DNA of 64,000 nt from positions 24,736,001-24,800,000 of the forward strand of contig CP086569.2 in assembly GCA_009914755.4 (NCBI GenBank), given 5' to 3'. The notes under the pieces are model-generated. The model made no database searches and had not been told where the DNA came from. It saw only the letters and a program-made list of their open reading frames with translations. This document shows, piece after piece, positions 1-23,037 of this stretch (position 1 is its first letter; each line of letters begins with the position of its first letter). The stretch is from the human T2T-CHM13v2.0 reference genome, Homo sapiens. The position numbers and the translations under genes are program-made.

Positions 1-478
1 TGAGTTACTGGCATCAAATCTATCATGGTCTGCAGTAACCTCAACTCTTGCCTCCTCAGGAGAAAGAATTTGACTGAGGGGAATAAAGTAGCAAAGCAGA
101 CTGAGAAAGGTTTCACAGCAAAAGGCGATGTTTATTTAAAATGTTTTAGAGTAAGAAAAAAAGAAGAGTGCATTTGGAAGAGATCCAAGTGGGTGATTTG
201 AATATATACCATATATATGACTTGCAAATATTGTGTTCCATGCTGTTGGTTTTCTTTCCACTATACTGACAGTGTCTTTTAATGCACAAAAGTGTTTAGT
301 TTTGATGAAGTTCAAGTGATCTAGTTTTTCTTATGTTTTGTGTTCATTCAGTGATATAGCCAAGAAATCATTTACAAATCCACAACCAATAAGCACATGA
401 AAAGATGTTCAAACTCACTAGCCACTTAATGCAGGAATATCTAAACCACAATGAGATTACCACTTTATCCCCATTAGA

Positions 479-506
479 ATTTTTCTTTTCTTTTCTTTTC
501 TTTTTT
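479..506. repeat. (TTTTC)n simple repeat
   Basis: Direct reading: ttttcttttcttttcttttctttttt. Confidence 0.7.
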
Positions 507-1599
507 AAAGAAAAGTTTGAGAGTATGCAGAGAAATTGGAACTCTTGTACATTGCTGGTGAGATTGTGAAATGGTGGTGATGTTTGCACAATTTGAGCAT
601 AGTTAATGCTTCCAAATTATACACTCAGTGTTTGAAATGGTACATTTGTTTATGTATGATTTTCCACTTACAACAAAAGCTTCCTCAGAAACTGTCCTAA
701 AATAGTTCCATATGTGATGAAAGAAGACGCTCCTCTCCTATCATGAGTAGAAGACTATTTATTTATTCATGGCATTATACACACTCTTGACTCTTCCACA
801 TGCCCAGCAGGATCTCATCAAGCAGAATGAGTCTATTCTCATCTGGCCCATTTGTGCTCCTTTCCATAATTGCATTCTCCTTTTCAACTCACTACCGGCC
901 CGCTAAAAACAACTGTAAGTTGCAGGTCAGTTTACTGTCTCTATAAATATTTCTTCTCTGTAATCTAATAGAAATGAAATCATACAGTATGTCACCTCTT
1001 CAGACTGGCTCTTATCACTTTGCTTTATGAATGCCCGCTTCATCCATGGCTTTGCATGACTTCATGAATCACTCCTTTTGTTTGATGAATAGTATTTCAT
1101 TTGAAGAATTTACCTGGCTTGGTTAATATTGAAGGGCATCGTGATTCCTTCAAGTATGTGGACATTGTCAAAAGAGCCGTTATACATAAATGCTTGTGGT
1201 TTTTGGTTAGATGTGAGTTTCCAAATCAGTTGTCTAGATACCTAAGTGTTAACAATTGTCAGCCTATATGATGAGACCATGTCCACCTTTGGAAAAAACT
1301 GTCAAACTGTTTCAGAAGAAAACAACCACATTTTAAAGTTGCTGTACAATTATGCATTCCTTCAGCAATGAATGAGATTTTCTGTTGCAGTTTTGAGTAT
1401 ATTTAAAAAGAAATTTAGACATAGTATAGCTGTTTAGTGCTCACACTCTTATTTTAATTTGCCTTCCCCGAACAGCAGGTGTTGTTGAGCATTATTTTGT
1501 TGTTATTGTTTGTTCATTAATCTATGATTGCTGCCAAAAAGCATACATGTGTTGTGCCACAGAAAACCAATTTTAAAAAACATACTCTCAGCTCTACTT

Positions 1600-3228
<1,629 letters not shown>

Positions 3229-3900
3229 TTCTAGTACACATAGTCATTTATCTGCTTTTTTTTTTTTTTCTAATCTTATGGTGACTACAATAAAATAGTG
3301 AACTGTAGCTAATAAGATAATGCGGTGTATTGGCAGATTTTCACTGTGTAAAAGTCCCTTTCAATCACGTGATTTCTTTACGGATTTCAAGGGAGCAACA
3401 CGAATGTCCAGAGTACAAACTAGTTTCTGTTGGAATTGAAAAAAATCTCTGATTTCAGTTTCACTACATATCTTGCAATGCTGAATCACTGACAAAAATT
3501 AGAACTATGAAGGTTTTGGTTCTTAAATCTGCTTCTACAAAAGTAGGCCAAAATTTGAAATCACGTGTGTTTGGTCTGTTAGTTTTCCATCTTTCACAAA
3601 ACATTCCACTGCATCAGAATCAAATTTGAAGACTGAGATTCATTTAATAATGGTTCAGTAACTGGTGTTTCTTCTTGCATTTAGGTATCACAAGTAAAAC
3701 GTCTGATTATTTCAACATTACACATTTTAAATAAAAGCCAGGAAGAATGACGGATGAAATTAATCCCATGAATTTGTAGTGACTTGCTGTTTGGTTTTTA
3801 CTTACTAGCGTTACTGTGTTTTCTGTCTTGAGAATACCAAAATAGTAATGCATTGTACCAAGCCTTCTAAAATAACTGCCTAAAAATGTAATTGAGTCCT

Positions 3901-3955
3901 TTTTTTGTTGTTGTTCTGTTCTGTTTGTTGTTGTTGTTGTTTGTTTGTTTGTTTT
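3901..3955. repeat. (TTG)n/(TTTG)n simple repeat abutting an Alu tail
   Basis: Direct reading. Confidence 0.75.
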
Positions 3956-4244
3956 GAGACGGAGTCTTGGTCTGTTCCCATGGCTGGAGTGCAATGACAT
4001 GATCTCGGCTTTGGTAACCTCAGCTTCCCAGGTTCATGCAATTCTCCTGTCTTAGCTTCCTGAGGATCTGCGTTTACAGGACCCAGACACCACTACCGGT
4101 ACTGGCTAATTTTTTACATTTTTAGTAGAGAGTTTGTTTCACCACGTTGACCAGGATGATCTCAAACACCTGACCTAAGGACATCCACCTGGCTCAGCCT
4201 CCCAAACTGCTGGAATTACCGATGTGAGCCATCATGCCTGGCCA
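3953..4244 (-). mobile_element. Alu element (full length, minus orientation)
   Basis: Reverse complement of the Alu consensus: begins ttttgagacggagtcttggtctgttcccatggctggagtgcaatgacatgatctcggct and ends gatgtgagccatcatgcctggcc. Confidence 0.9.
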
Positions 4245-4832
4245 CACCAATTCCTTTATTTCTTCATGGAATCAAACGTAGGTTGAAAATCATCTTTCCT
4301 AATACTTGTCAGTGCCTCAAGATTGTTAGGATAAATATAAAACTTCCAACCAAAGGATACTGGTTGACATCCAGAATTTTAAGAAAAGTTGTGAAATAAA
4401 ATATCCAGCTTCTGGCTCTTTCCTCGTGAGCATGCTCAATGTCTGGGAAATCCTTGGAACCTGGAAGAAAGGTAGAGCTGGGGTAGGTGGGGATGATCTA
4501 TGGAGCCACTGTCACTCTGGCAGCCACTGTTGCTCCTCAGGAAATGGCTTGGAGCCTCAGCCTTCAGAAGAAGTAACAGGGGCTCAGCAAGCAGTATTTT
4601 GTGCACCGGGTTTTCCATCTCCATATCTGTTTTGGTGATGTATCTACTCAGGTCTCTACTTATTAATTGGGTCATCTTATTTCTTTGTATATTTTGCATA
4701 GAAGTCACTTTTCAGATGTGTTTCCTAGATTTTTCTTAGCCTGAGGCTTGCTTTTTCAGTTCTCTTAACCAGAACATAGTTTTTGTTTGTTTTGTTTTGT
4801 ATGGTTTTGGTTTCTTCTTTTTTGTTTTCTGC

Positions 4833-5027
4833 TTTTTTTGAGATGGAGTCACACGTTGTCACCCAGCCTGGGGTGCAAAGGCGTGATTTCGGCCCACTGC
4901 AACATCTGTCTCCTGGGTTGAAGGGATTCTTCTGCCTCAGGTTCTGGAGTAGCATGGATTACATGTGCCTGCCAACAAGCCCACCTATTTTTTTTTTTTT
5001 TTTTTTGTATTTTTAATAGAGACGGTG
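4833..5027 (-). mobile_element. Partial Alu (right monomer only, FRAM-like), minus orientation
   Basis: tttttttgagatggagtcacacgttgtcacccagcctggggtgcaaaggcgtgatttcggcccactgcaa ... tttttttttgtatttttaatagagacgg matches the reverse complement of the Alu right arm. It stops at the mid-element A-rich linker. The left monomer is absent and ERV sequence abuts at 5028. Confidence 0.75.
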
Positions 5028-5900
5028 TGGCAGTCAGTTACTGCCACATGTCGTTACATGGGATGAAACGAAGGGGGTTGAATGCAGAAATGAAGACAGA
5101 GACAAAAAAGGTCTGTTTTAAAAGAAGGGTCGGGGGCTCATTGCTTCTAATCAGCAAAGGCCCTGAGCTTCTACAGGCCTTCATATTTATTAGGCAGAAT
5201 CAACAGGGAGGAAAGGTAATTGTTGGTCAGCTGCTTGATTTATCACAGGCTCATGTAATTGCTTTCTATATACTACAGGCTTCAGATGTTCCTATATATA
5301 ACCACAAGAAAGACTGTGCTTGGGGCATGACTGCCCTCAGCATTCCTTCTGACACCAGACGTGGTGTGTCAGGTTGCCAACATGCTGCTTTCATGAGAAC
5401 AGTTTCCTCTCTGCTCATAGACCCTCCAGTCATTACTGAGTTGGTCACGACCCTCATTCTTTTGGCCTCCAACATCTCCTCCTTTTTATTTTTGCATTAA
5501 TTGAGTAAAGATCATTGCAGGCTGTGCAACTCTCCACTGCTGTTTGGTGGTCCAGCTGCTTTTACAGACAATGAACATAAAAGAGAGACATCAAAACGTT
5601 ACTCTGATAATCACAAAAAAGACATTTAGGTGATGTTTGGAGGAGGTCCAAACGCTAAGGCTCTCTAAACCTTGCTGGAATTCTGCCCAAGTTTTCAGAG
5701 ATGGCTGTATTACTTGAGTATGCTTTTTCAAGTTTAGAATTTTGCTTTGTAAATGAAGTTTCCATGGATATTCCCTTTGGTTTTATTCCAAATTGGTTAC
5801 ACAAATATGAGTATGCTTAAAATGACAATGCAATTGCTGACGCAACTGCAAGTTTGTTCTTGGTTTCCTAGCCACAGAACTGTAATCTTTAATTCTTTAA
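5028..5900 (-). repeat. Candidate 3' LTR of the HERV-K-like provirus
   Basis: Position only: about 870 bp between the end of the env TM frame (near 5934) and the junction at 5028. Not verified against any LTR consensus. Confidence 0.35.
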
Positions 5901-5933
5901 CATTGCTACTTCCATGTGTATCTCAGTGTTAAG

Positions 5934-7455
5934 TTAATTTTTAAGCATCCATGCCTGGTCGGCTGTACACATCCAATTTTCTATATATTGAGCTGTGATT
6001 TGAATGGAGCTGTACATTGCTACTAAGGACGCCACAACAGAAGTTATTAATGTACCTAAGGAGACTTTCAGAAAAATTTTCATGCCTAAGGCTCTACAAG
6101 CACAACGAATAAGCTGACTAAGAAAAAAGTTTACACAATGGAAACCAGAGGTGGCCACCCAAGCCTCAGGCAGATTTACAGGAATCCATAATCCGGGATT
6201 GTGACCTAGAATTACTAGGGTGGATATGCTGTATGTTTGTACTGTGCTATGATTAAGGGAATAATACAGTTGACAGGAATCACAAGTCAATCGGGCATCG
6301 TTTACCTGGAGTTGGTCCTCTTTGCTGCCAGAAAAACATAAGTTCAAAAACACAAATTGTAAATTGAGTGGTAATGTTTTCCACAACGGTAACATTAAAA
6401 CTGTGTTCAGCACAATTATTAAAATTAGATAGTGTTCCGACACAAATGCTGCCATTCATATAGTGGAGTGCTGCCTTCCCTATCGACTCCTGAGTTGGAC
6501 CTCTCTTTCCTTGGTAATGCCATTGAGGCAAAGTTGGGCTAAAGCCTGTTCCATGCCAAGTTAAACTTGCTGCAGATTGGGATTGAATCCCAGCGCAATG
6601 CAGTGAAGAGATGCTGACCAGTGTCAGCGAAGTTTATGCCATGAGGTCGGATTCTCATCTCTCCCATCTAAATGACCACAGGGACCTAGAAAATAATGTC
6701 TCCGATTAGCATGTACTCTTGTCTAGCTAGGGCACCAAGACACTGGGTCCAAGGAGGGGGGGGTAAGAATTATCAAAGAGAGCTCATTCTGTATAATTAA
6801 TACGATTTGGGGGATGGGGCTGGGAGAGATTAGTAGCTACACCGGTAATGGTAATAGAGCTAAGGCCTAATAGGTACATATTTTTTTTCGATGGTAAGTC
6901 AGCCATACTTGGGATTAATTTGCAAGGCCACTGCAGTTGAGTGATGTACGCTGTGTGACTCATGAAGGAAGTCCCTCCAATGGAGCAGCATAATTGATAA
7001 TCATTGTTCTGAGAGTCTAATAACTGTTTGTCAGGGGGTGTTAGGGGTCCTGGTGCCCATGCTTCATGATCATGATAGATGTCAGGGGGAGTGTCACTCC
7101 AAATTACAGTCCATAATACTGGGGGATTGGGAATATAGGCCCAATATGTTTTTGTCTCTGCACAAGGAAAACCTACTGCACAGGATGTTGCAGGTAGCAT
7201 GGCCATAAACGTGACATCGGGGGTGTTTGCCTGACCCTGGTGCTCCAGCAATTTCAACTGACTCATGCCTTGTAATGGAGGAGTCGGATTCATAGTTGGG
7301 ATCCATGGCTCTCTCCAGTCTTCCTTTACATGGTCACAAACACATTGAAGGCACCCCACACAGATTATCCGTCTCCTGTAAAAACACAAGCATACCCTCA
7401 TCCTTACATCAGTAAATCTCCTGAGCATTTCCATCGTCCTTAGGGGGATTTTCAT
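5934..7455 (-). pseudogene. Retroviral env (SU + TM) remnant, HERV-K type, multiple frame disruptions
   Basis: ORF 6784-7455 contains KTYWAYIPNPPVLWTVIWSDTPPDIYHDHEAWAPGP, matching the HERV-K(HML-2) Env segment [36 protein letters not shown]. ORF 5934-6455 contains GLWIPVNLPEAW and a hydrophobic fusion-peptide-like stretch, corresponding to the SU/TM boundary of HERV-K Env (REGVWIPVSMDRPWE...). Confidence 0.75.
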
Positions 7456-8255
7456 AATATTTTTGGGTATACTTTACTTTTTCCCTATGACATTTACCAG
7501 TGTCGTTCTGCCATAGTCTTACTATCTGTGCCAGGAGTCAAAAAATTAAAGTAAATAAGTAAAAAAATTAATTAAAGTAAAAGTAAATGTATTTTGTTTG
7601 AGGTGGTAACTGATCTCTTGTTTCCCCTTTCGGTTTTTTTCAGCACACCTTGTAATGTTTGATTTGCCCGCTCTATAATTCCTTGTCCTTGGGGTTTGTA
7701 AGGAATTCCTGTTTTATGAGTGACTGACCATAGCTGTAAAAAATTTTAAAAAGCATGACTAACATAAGTGTGTCCATTGTCAGTTTTTAATTGTTTAGGG
7801 ACCCCCCGATATGAGCAAATGATGACAGACAATGTCATCACACATAACCAGCTGTGTGACCTGGTTTGCATGTAGCATGCCGCATATGAGAATAAGTGTC
7901 TGTAGTCACATGAACAAAGGAGAACTTACCAATGGCAGCTTTGTGAGTAACATCCATCTGTCAGATTTCATTTGAAGCTAAGTCTCATGGGTTACAGCCT
8001 TCTGTGAGTGTGACTCCAGTGACATGCTGGCAAGCAGGACAGGCTTGTACAGGCTGCAGCCTGGCTGTGAGGCAAATGAAACATACGAGTAAAGGCAGAG
8101 TTTTGATGCAGTAATATATGAGAAGGTTGAGCTTGTTGAAATGCAGAACAAACCAATTTATTGGCTCTATTGTTACCTAGAAATAGTGGTGTAGGGAGTT
8201 GTGTGGGAGAGCAAATATAAGAAATATAAAAAGCAGCACAAGAGCAAACAGCTTG

Positions 8256-8552
8256 TTAAAGTCTTAGAAACAAGTTAAACTGCTCTGGTTCCAGGGTGCT
8301 TTTAATAGTGGTCGTCCCAATATGACTGGCTACATTTACAACATAGGCTGAATGACAGAGAGTGTTAATAAGAGATGAACCAGTGAGCTCTAAAACCTGC
8401 ATAACTGCCATTAGTTCTGAGCGTTGATCTGAAACTCCGGGGTTTTTTATTGTTTGAGCATGCTTAGTACCATAAGTAGCTTTGCGACCTTTGGAAGAGC
8501 CACCAGTAAAATAGGTCTGGCTGCCTGAAATGGGCTTGTGATGAGGAATCAC
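8256..8552 (-). pseudogene. Retroviral RNase H domain remnant (pol)
   Basis: Translation YFTGGSSKGRKATYG...SDQRSELMAVMQVLE fits the RNase H signature (TDGSS...GKAGYG...TNQRAELxAv). Confidence 0.8.
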
Positions 8553-8655
8553 AGGGAAGATGAAAGGCTGAATTTTTAAAATTGCAAAATTTTGTCTGAG
8601 GGATAATGTTTATGTATTATTCCTACACAACCTGAAAGAGCAATTTGCCACACAG

Positions 8656-9660
8656 TCAACATTTCCCATGCTGCAGCCTGTTGCTGGGAATCCAATATTT
8701 CTCCTCATACTTGTAGACTGGCTCTAAAAGGAGAACAATAATTTTGTGTGGATCATATCTCTTAAGCATTTTTGATCTATCCCTACCCCTTGTTATAAAC
8801 TGAGTAGTTAAAGAAAGATAAACTTGCAGAGATTTTACTCTCTGATTGAATTTCAAACAAAGCCATTCTATTACAATTACATATTTTTCTATGATCTGGC
8901 CTAAAAGTCCTGTTGGAGAATGGGGGGTAGAGAGAAAAAAGGGAACCAAGGGATTTTGTGGCTGTAGCCAGGAGGCATGTGTTTGCTGAAGAATCTACTC
9001 TACAAGCTGTAACTCAGCTTCAGCCTCCTTAGACAAACCAGCAACTGGGTTGTCTCCTAAGCCCATTGCTCCTAATGAAGAATTTCCATGGAGTGCCTGA
9101 GTGTTTGAGTTGATGAGTAGCAATACCTAGGATTGGGCACAGCCAATTTATATCTCCTAATAGTTGTTGGAAATCACTGAAGGTTTGTAATCTGTCCCTA
9201 CAGAGGACTGCTTTCTGAGGTCAAACATTTGTTTCAGTAGCAATAGTGCCTAAGTATTGGTATGGGGAGGTTGCTTCTACCTTTTGTTGAACTATTTTGA
9301 GATGTCCCCCTGTTTTGCTTCTCTCAGCAATTGGTGTAATAACTCTTCCATTGGAGCAGCCAAAAGAATTTCATCCATATAATGAATTATGTAGGCAGTA
9401 GGAAATATATTACGAGGCTCCTTTAAGGACTGTCCTACAAAACGCTGAAATAGCGTAGGACCGGTGAGCATGCTTTGGGGTGAAACTTTGCTTATCCTTC
9501 TCATGTAAGGGTACAGTAAGGAAATAATCTTTGAGATCTGCTACGATGGGAGGTGAGTCACTTGGAATGGCTGCCAGGAACGGCAGACCTTGCTGTAATG
9601 CACCCATTGATTTAATCTGTGCATTAATAGCTCTCAAATCATGTAGCAACTTGCTGGCAA
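8656..9660 (-). pseudogene. Retroviral reverse transcriptase remnant (pol)
   Basis: ORF 9410-9649: LHDLRAINAQIKSMGALQQGLP...ADLKDYFLTVPLHEKDKQSF (betaretroviral RT N-terminal motifs). ORF 9292-9504: AYIIHYMDEILLAAP (YMDD active site). ORF 8656-8949 is the RT connection region. Confidence 0.85.
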
Positions 9661-9704
9661 ATCGGTCTGCTTTTATATACTAAAATTTTGCTGAAACCTT
9701 ACAC

Positions 9705-10185
9705 TTGTGTTGATACATATGTATATGTATATGTGTATATATATCTCTATATGTGTGTATATATATACATATACACATACACACATATGTATGTGTGTAC
9801 ATATATGTATGTAATATGCACATATGTAATATGCACATATGTAATACCCAGAGTTTCTGGATGTACACATATACACTCTGGTATGTGTGTATAGATGGTA
9901 TGTGTATATGTAGGTATATACGTATACACATACACATATGTATGTGTATATATAACACGTGTATATATACACACATATATGCACACATACAGACACACAT
10001 ATAAGTGAGTGTGTATATTTACATATATATGCATGCTCTGTCTATAAATGTGTTTATATATACACATACAAACATATATATTACACACATATATACATAT
10101 ACACACGTGTGTGTATATGTATATATGTGTATATATGTATGTCTATATATGTTTATATATATATAATTCCTCACACATATATAAA

Positions 10186-10251
<66 letters not shown>

Positions 10252-10252
10252 A
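9705..10252. repeat. Complex (TG)n/(TA)n/(CA)n microsatellite of about 550 bp, including a pure (CA)~21 run at 10194-10236
   Basis: Direct reading. It produces the spurious C/V/Y/I/H-rich ORFs at 9673-10404 on both strands. Confidence 0.95.
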
Positions 10253-10829
10253 TTCGTTGTTTGTCTCCTAAGCCCATTCAACCCAAAACCTTCCAGGTAT
10301 GTGGGAAGCTTAAGAGAGATTATGCAGTAGTTAGATGGCAGCAAGAGTCTTTAATAGAGTTTGAGTCTTTATACTATCCCTGGCTTCCCTTACTGTGGTC
10401 CTAGCAAAACATTGACATCCTCGTAAATAATAGGGACTGACTTTGAAAATTAACATTCTCTTCTTATTTAGATATCAATGTAGCTGGATGTAGAACAGCT
10501 GCCTCAAAAAAAAAAAAAAAAAAAAAGAGATTCCATTCTTTTCCTTCTTTTATAAAAACTTCAGCAATGAGGTTGGAATTTGTCTCTCAAGGGCAGCTTC
10601 TTTTTGACTGTTGAAAGTGGAGATTTTCTGCTTACAGATGGGACATAGAGTCTTATAATTATTAGCGGGACATGGGAGGAAGAGAAAGTTAGAAACTAGA
10701 CGTTTTGGGCAAAGGGCTGACAAGGCTCTACACAGAGAAAAATCCTATCTTACTAGGTGGCAGTGTAGGATCTGAAAAATTAGATAAAAACTCTGATTCC
10801 AAACACTTTTCTGTCAAAAGTTAGAGAAC

Positions 10830-17195
<6,366 letters not shown>

Positions 17196-17219
17196 TATTC
17201 TTCCATCGTTTTATTTTGA

Positions 17220-18180
17220 GGCTATGTGTGCCTTTGCACGTCAGATGTGTCTCCTAAATAAAGCACACTTAGTGTATTTATATTTAAGATTAATATTGTT
17301 ACGTGTCAATTTGACCATGATATGGTGATGCTAGCTGGTTATTTTGCATATTCTTGATGCAGTTTCTTCATAGTGTTGTTGGACTTTTTATTTGTTATTT
17401 TTTGCAGTAGCTGTTACCAGATGTCCCCTTACATATTTAATGTTCCCTTTAGGAACTCTTGTAAGGCACTCATGGTGGTGACAAAATGTTTGTACACTTA
17501 ACTTGTCTGAAAATTATTTTATTTCTCCTTTGGCCATAAAGCTTAGTTTGGATGGCTATAAAATTCTGGTCTGAAAATTCTTTCCTTTAAGATCGGTGAA
17601 TATTTGCCACCTCTCTCTTGTGGCTTGTAGGGTTTCTGCAGAATTATCTGCTGTTAGTCTAATGGGCTTCCCTTTGTAGATAACCTGATCTTTCTCTCTG
17701 GCTGCTCTAAACATTTTTTTTTCCTTTTTTTCTACCTTGGAGAATCTGCCAGTTATGTGTCTTGGGGGTTGTCTTCTCATGAAGTATCTCAGTGGTGTTC
17801 TCTATATTTCCTGAATGTGTACATTGGCCTGTCTTTGTAGGTTGTGGAATTTCTCCTGAATAACATCCTGAAGTTTGTTTTTCAAGTTGGTTCAATTGTC
17901 TTCATCACTTTTGGGTACACAAATCAATCACAGGTTTGGTCTTCTCACATAATCCCATATTTCTGAGAGGCTTTGTTTCTTCCTTTTCATTCTTTTTTCT
18001 CTAATCTTGTCTTCATGCTTTATTTCATTAAGTTTATCTTCAATCTGTGATATTCTTCCTTCTGCTTGATTAATTCAGCTATTGATCCTCAGGTACGTTG
18101 TGCAAAGTTCTTGCCCTGTGTTTTTTAGCTCCGTCAGGACATTTATGTTTTCCTCTAAACTAGTTATAATCATAATTATT
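17220..18180 (-). mobile_element. Older LINE-1 fragment (ORF1 3' end / inter-ORF / ORF2 5' start region), minus orientation
   Basis: Colinear with the minus-strand L1 at 60650-61650 in this window (for example ttagctggttattttgc..., ...ctgatgggcttccctttgt..., ctctctggctgctct), but considerably more diverged. Confidence 0.7.
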
Positions 18181-18184
18181 ACTA

Positions 18185-18300
18185 TTTTTGAGACGGAATC
18201 TCACTCTGTCACCAGCCTGAAGTGCAGTGGTATCAACTCAGCTCACTTCAACCTCCACCTCCCATGTTCAAGTGATTCTCCTGCATTAGCATCCTGAGTA
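18185..18300 (-). mobile_element. Partial Alu fragment
   Basis: tttttgagacggaatctcactctgtcaccagcctgaagtgcagtggtatcaactcagctcacttcaacctccacctcc matches the reverse complement of an Alu right arm. Confidence 0.7.
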
Positions 18301-19300
18301 GCCTCTCTTCACTGAGAGTTGTACACTTCTTGGTATTGCACGTCAGCAGATAGATTTGTCTTCTCTCAACTTAAAGCTGAGGACACATCTCAACAACCTT
18401 CCTGCATATAGAAGCTACCCACTCTAAAAAATCTCCTCTCCACTGAGGGCTTCAGAGACATTGTAGCAACCTGTCAGCCAATGGCACTTGGTCACTCTAG
18501 GTATTCTCTTAACTGAGTGTTGTGTGGTTGTAGGTATGTCCTGTTTGTGAAATGGAGTTACCTCCTTTCTGTCTCCTGAGAGCTGTACCTTCACTCAGTG
18601 CAGCTTCTATTTACCTTAATTATTCTCCAGTTGCCCACAAAGCTTATTCTTCCTAGGCATGGGACAAGAACTCAGAACCCACTTAAGGGCAAAACTATAA
18701 GATTAGTAACAAAAACTGGTCTGAAACACACAAACCCCCACTTGTCACATTTCTGATTACTGGGATTTAAAAAATAAAAAAGGATAGAAGAGGTTCAGTC
18801 CTTAAAGGAGCCCAGACTTAAACATTTTCAAAGCCAGGGCTGTGACACCATTTTGGGGGCTTTGCAGTTTCTGGCATTTTTAAGCTTCTGGATGCCGTTG
18901 TATTTCTGAGCAGTGAGGAAAAAAAGGCTTTTGCTATGCTGATTCAGCCAAAGGCTTGCAGGGAGCTGGCACCACCTGGGCTTTCTCACCTTATCATAGC
19001 CAACATGCTCAGCTGTGTGAAGTGGCTGGACTCAACAGTCGCTCACTCAGGCTTCTCTCTCTGCTCTGGGTCTGTCTCACCCACAGTAAAAATAGAATCT
19101 GAGCACATAGTTTGAGGTGAGTGCAACCTGTCAAAATGAGTGGCAAATTTAGCCCAGCAGGCCCAAGAGAAATTTTGGCAAAGGTGCTACCATCCACTGA
19201 GATTTTTGGCTGGGAAAGCGATAGTCTATAGATCCTGCAACAAAAGTCACTGTGATCACCAAGGACCAGTAGATTATTCAATCATGCCCATGTAATGGAG
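18300..19300 (-). repeat. Diverged fragment related to the 5' region of the ERV-L-like elements at 33700-34320 and 50570-51000
   Basis: Shares the motif ccagggctgtgacacc...ggggctttgcagtttctggcat...aagcttctgg with both ERV-L copies in a consistent orientation. Not otherwise classified. Confidence 0.35.
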
Positions 19301-19965
19301 CCTGCATAATAACCCAAAATGGCAGGCTTCAGAGAACTTCTGGAAATCTGAACTTATAGAGTATCCTAGACAATTGTGTGCACATAAAACCAGACATTAA
19401 TCATTTTAAATGTCTAAGAATATGTACGTGTTTTTCCTTTGTTTTGAAGGAAGTTTCTGCATTTAATCATGTGTGCAGAATTTTAGCTTACTAAATAGAA
19501 TATAATCTAAGTTAATCTAAAAAGCACACTTTATGACCATTAAAACTTAGATATTTCTACCTAAATGATTCCATGATTGACTAATCCTGCTCAAGGTTTC
19601 CTTTAAAGAGGTAGTTCTTTATTCATGTTAACAGTGTAAGATCTAGAGCCTTATGCAAAAAACAAAATACAAATCAACTGATATCTCAGCAAAAGTTCTA
19701 ACCATATGTTCAGTTTAGAATTTTGTGTCTCTGAGATATTTGTGACTTGGTAAATTCAAATCACCATCTCAGTTGTTTTTGTGTCTCTGTTTAGGGGAGG
19801 GCAGCAGAAACTGCCTCATACCCCATTAGACTCTGCATTCTAGGATACTTAAAATTAAATAATAATAATAATAAACACTATTACAGACTTTCAGTCATCC
19901 AAGTCTAACAAAAAACAATTCTAGTCTTTTATATACTAGTAGCCATAGATAAAAATTAGAGCTCT

Positions 19966-20303
<338 letters not shown>

Positions 20304-20545
20304 TTATATTTGGGCTTGTGCATAAAGTAATGATATTTGGACAAAAAAAGCTGTTTCATTATTTATTTTACAGTTACAGTGCTTGAAGTGAATTGATAAT
20401 ATTAAATAAGTACCTTGGATATTTTCAGTCTCCTTTCAAGCCTTATCTATGGTTGAAATTGTTTTGGGCTATGAACATGGATTAGGGCATCTTGCAGCTA
20501 ACGATGTATGCCGCTTAGCTCAGTTCTTGGGTCCTGAGCAGATAA

Positions 20546-22457
<1,912 letters not shown>

Positions 22458-23037
22458 AAGGAAAGAGAAGGTATTGAAGCAGCTGCTGTGTCATCTTTCT
22501 TTCAGTTGAGTGTCTACATAGTCACTGCATTCTGCCTCCAGTGCTTCAGCAGATCTTGGGTACAGATGAGCCTCTTCCAGTTTGTGGCCTGTGGTGTAGA
22601 AAGAGATGTGTGAAGAAGCAACTATGCTATGTCCCTTAGGCTCTCTACATTTACTCCATGGTTGGACAGCTCAGGCTTCCTTTTACGGTGCCAAGATGGC
22701 CCACTATGTAGTCTCAGCTAAGAGCAGCTGAATCCACTACTCTTAATTTGCTGGTATAGTGCAGAAAGCTTCTACCTGCCTGGTACTTTTCCTTTGTGGC
22801 TCTTCTAATGATTACATTAAACATTCTAAAGTTAAAACACTTCTAAATTCATGTTAGTTTACTCTTGCTACCATAAAAAAAGGGGGGGGTTTATAGCACA
22901 ACCCCTTCTATTTCACCTATTGAGTTCGCAAAATTATACCTTTAGGCACCGTATGCCAGAAACACAAGCTAGTGAGTTTCTAAAATATATAATAGTGACT
23001 TAATTATGTGGAAAACCAATTGTGGAGGTGCATTTTT

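Larger units (their letters stand above)
5028..10829 (-). mobile_element. HERV-K-like (betaretrovirus-like, class II ERV) partial provirus: putative 3' LTR, env and pol, truncated upstream of the RT N-terminus by an L1 insertion
   Basis: Minus-strand ORFs give retroviral domains in proviral order (right to left): RT, RNase H, env SU, env TM. The individual diagnostic motifs are listed under the component features below. No gag/protease/5' LTR is found; a full-length L1 begins at 10830. Confidence 0.8.

Noticed and set aside
6784-7455. A 223-aa ORF that could be proposed as an intact gene, and similarly 30009-30542 (177 aa), 58425-59051 (208 aa) and 57272-57748 (158 aa).
   Set aside because: These are fragments of retroviral env, ERV-L integrase and L1 ORF2 respectively. 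Each is bounded by stops and frameshifts relative to the full-length viral or L1 protein, so they are decayed retroelement genes, not host genes.
9049-10278. An 18-bp exact direct repeat ttgtctcctaagcccatt at 9049-9066 and 10261-10278, bracketing the RT N-terminus plus the microsatellite (a possible duplication or recombination footprint).
   Set aside because: Homology does not extend beyond the 18-mer on either side. Chance occurrence of one such 18-mer pair in 64 kb is not negligible (order 0.03), and no mechanism is required. Noted but not pursued.
9673-10404. Overlapping ORFs rich in C/V/Y/I/H/T on both strands (for example MSVCVHICVYIYTCYIY...).
   Set aside because: They are a product of the (TG/TA/CA)n dinucleotide array, which is in frame in all six frames by construction; they are not coding.
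18300-19300. Interpreted initially as the 5'UTR of the old minus-strand L1 at 17220-18180.
   Set aside because: The shared motif (ccagggctgtgacacc...ggggctttgcagtttctggcat) recurs at the equivalent 5' position of both ERV-L arms (33880-34000 and 50900-50990), not in the L1 copies in this window. It is therefore more likely an ERV-L-related fragment. It is kept as a low-confidence feature rather than part of the L1.
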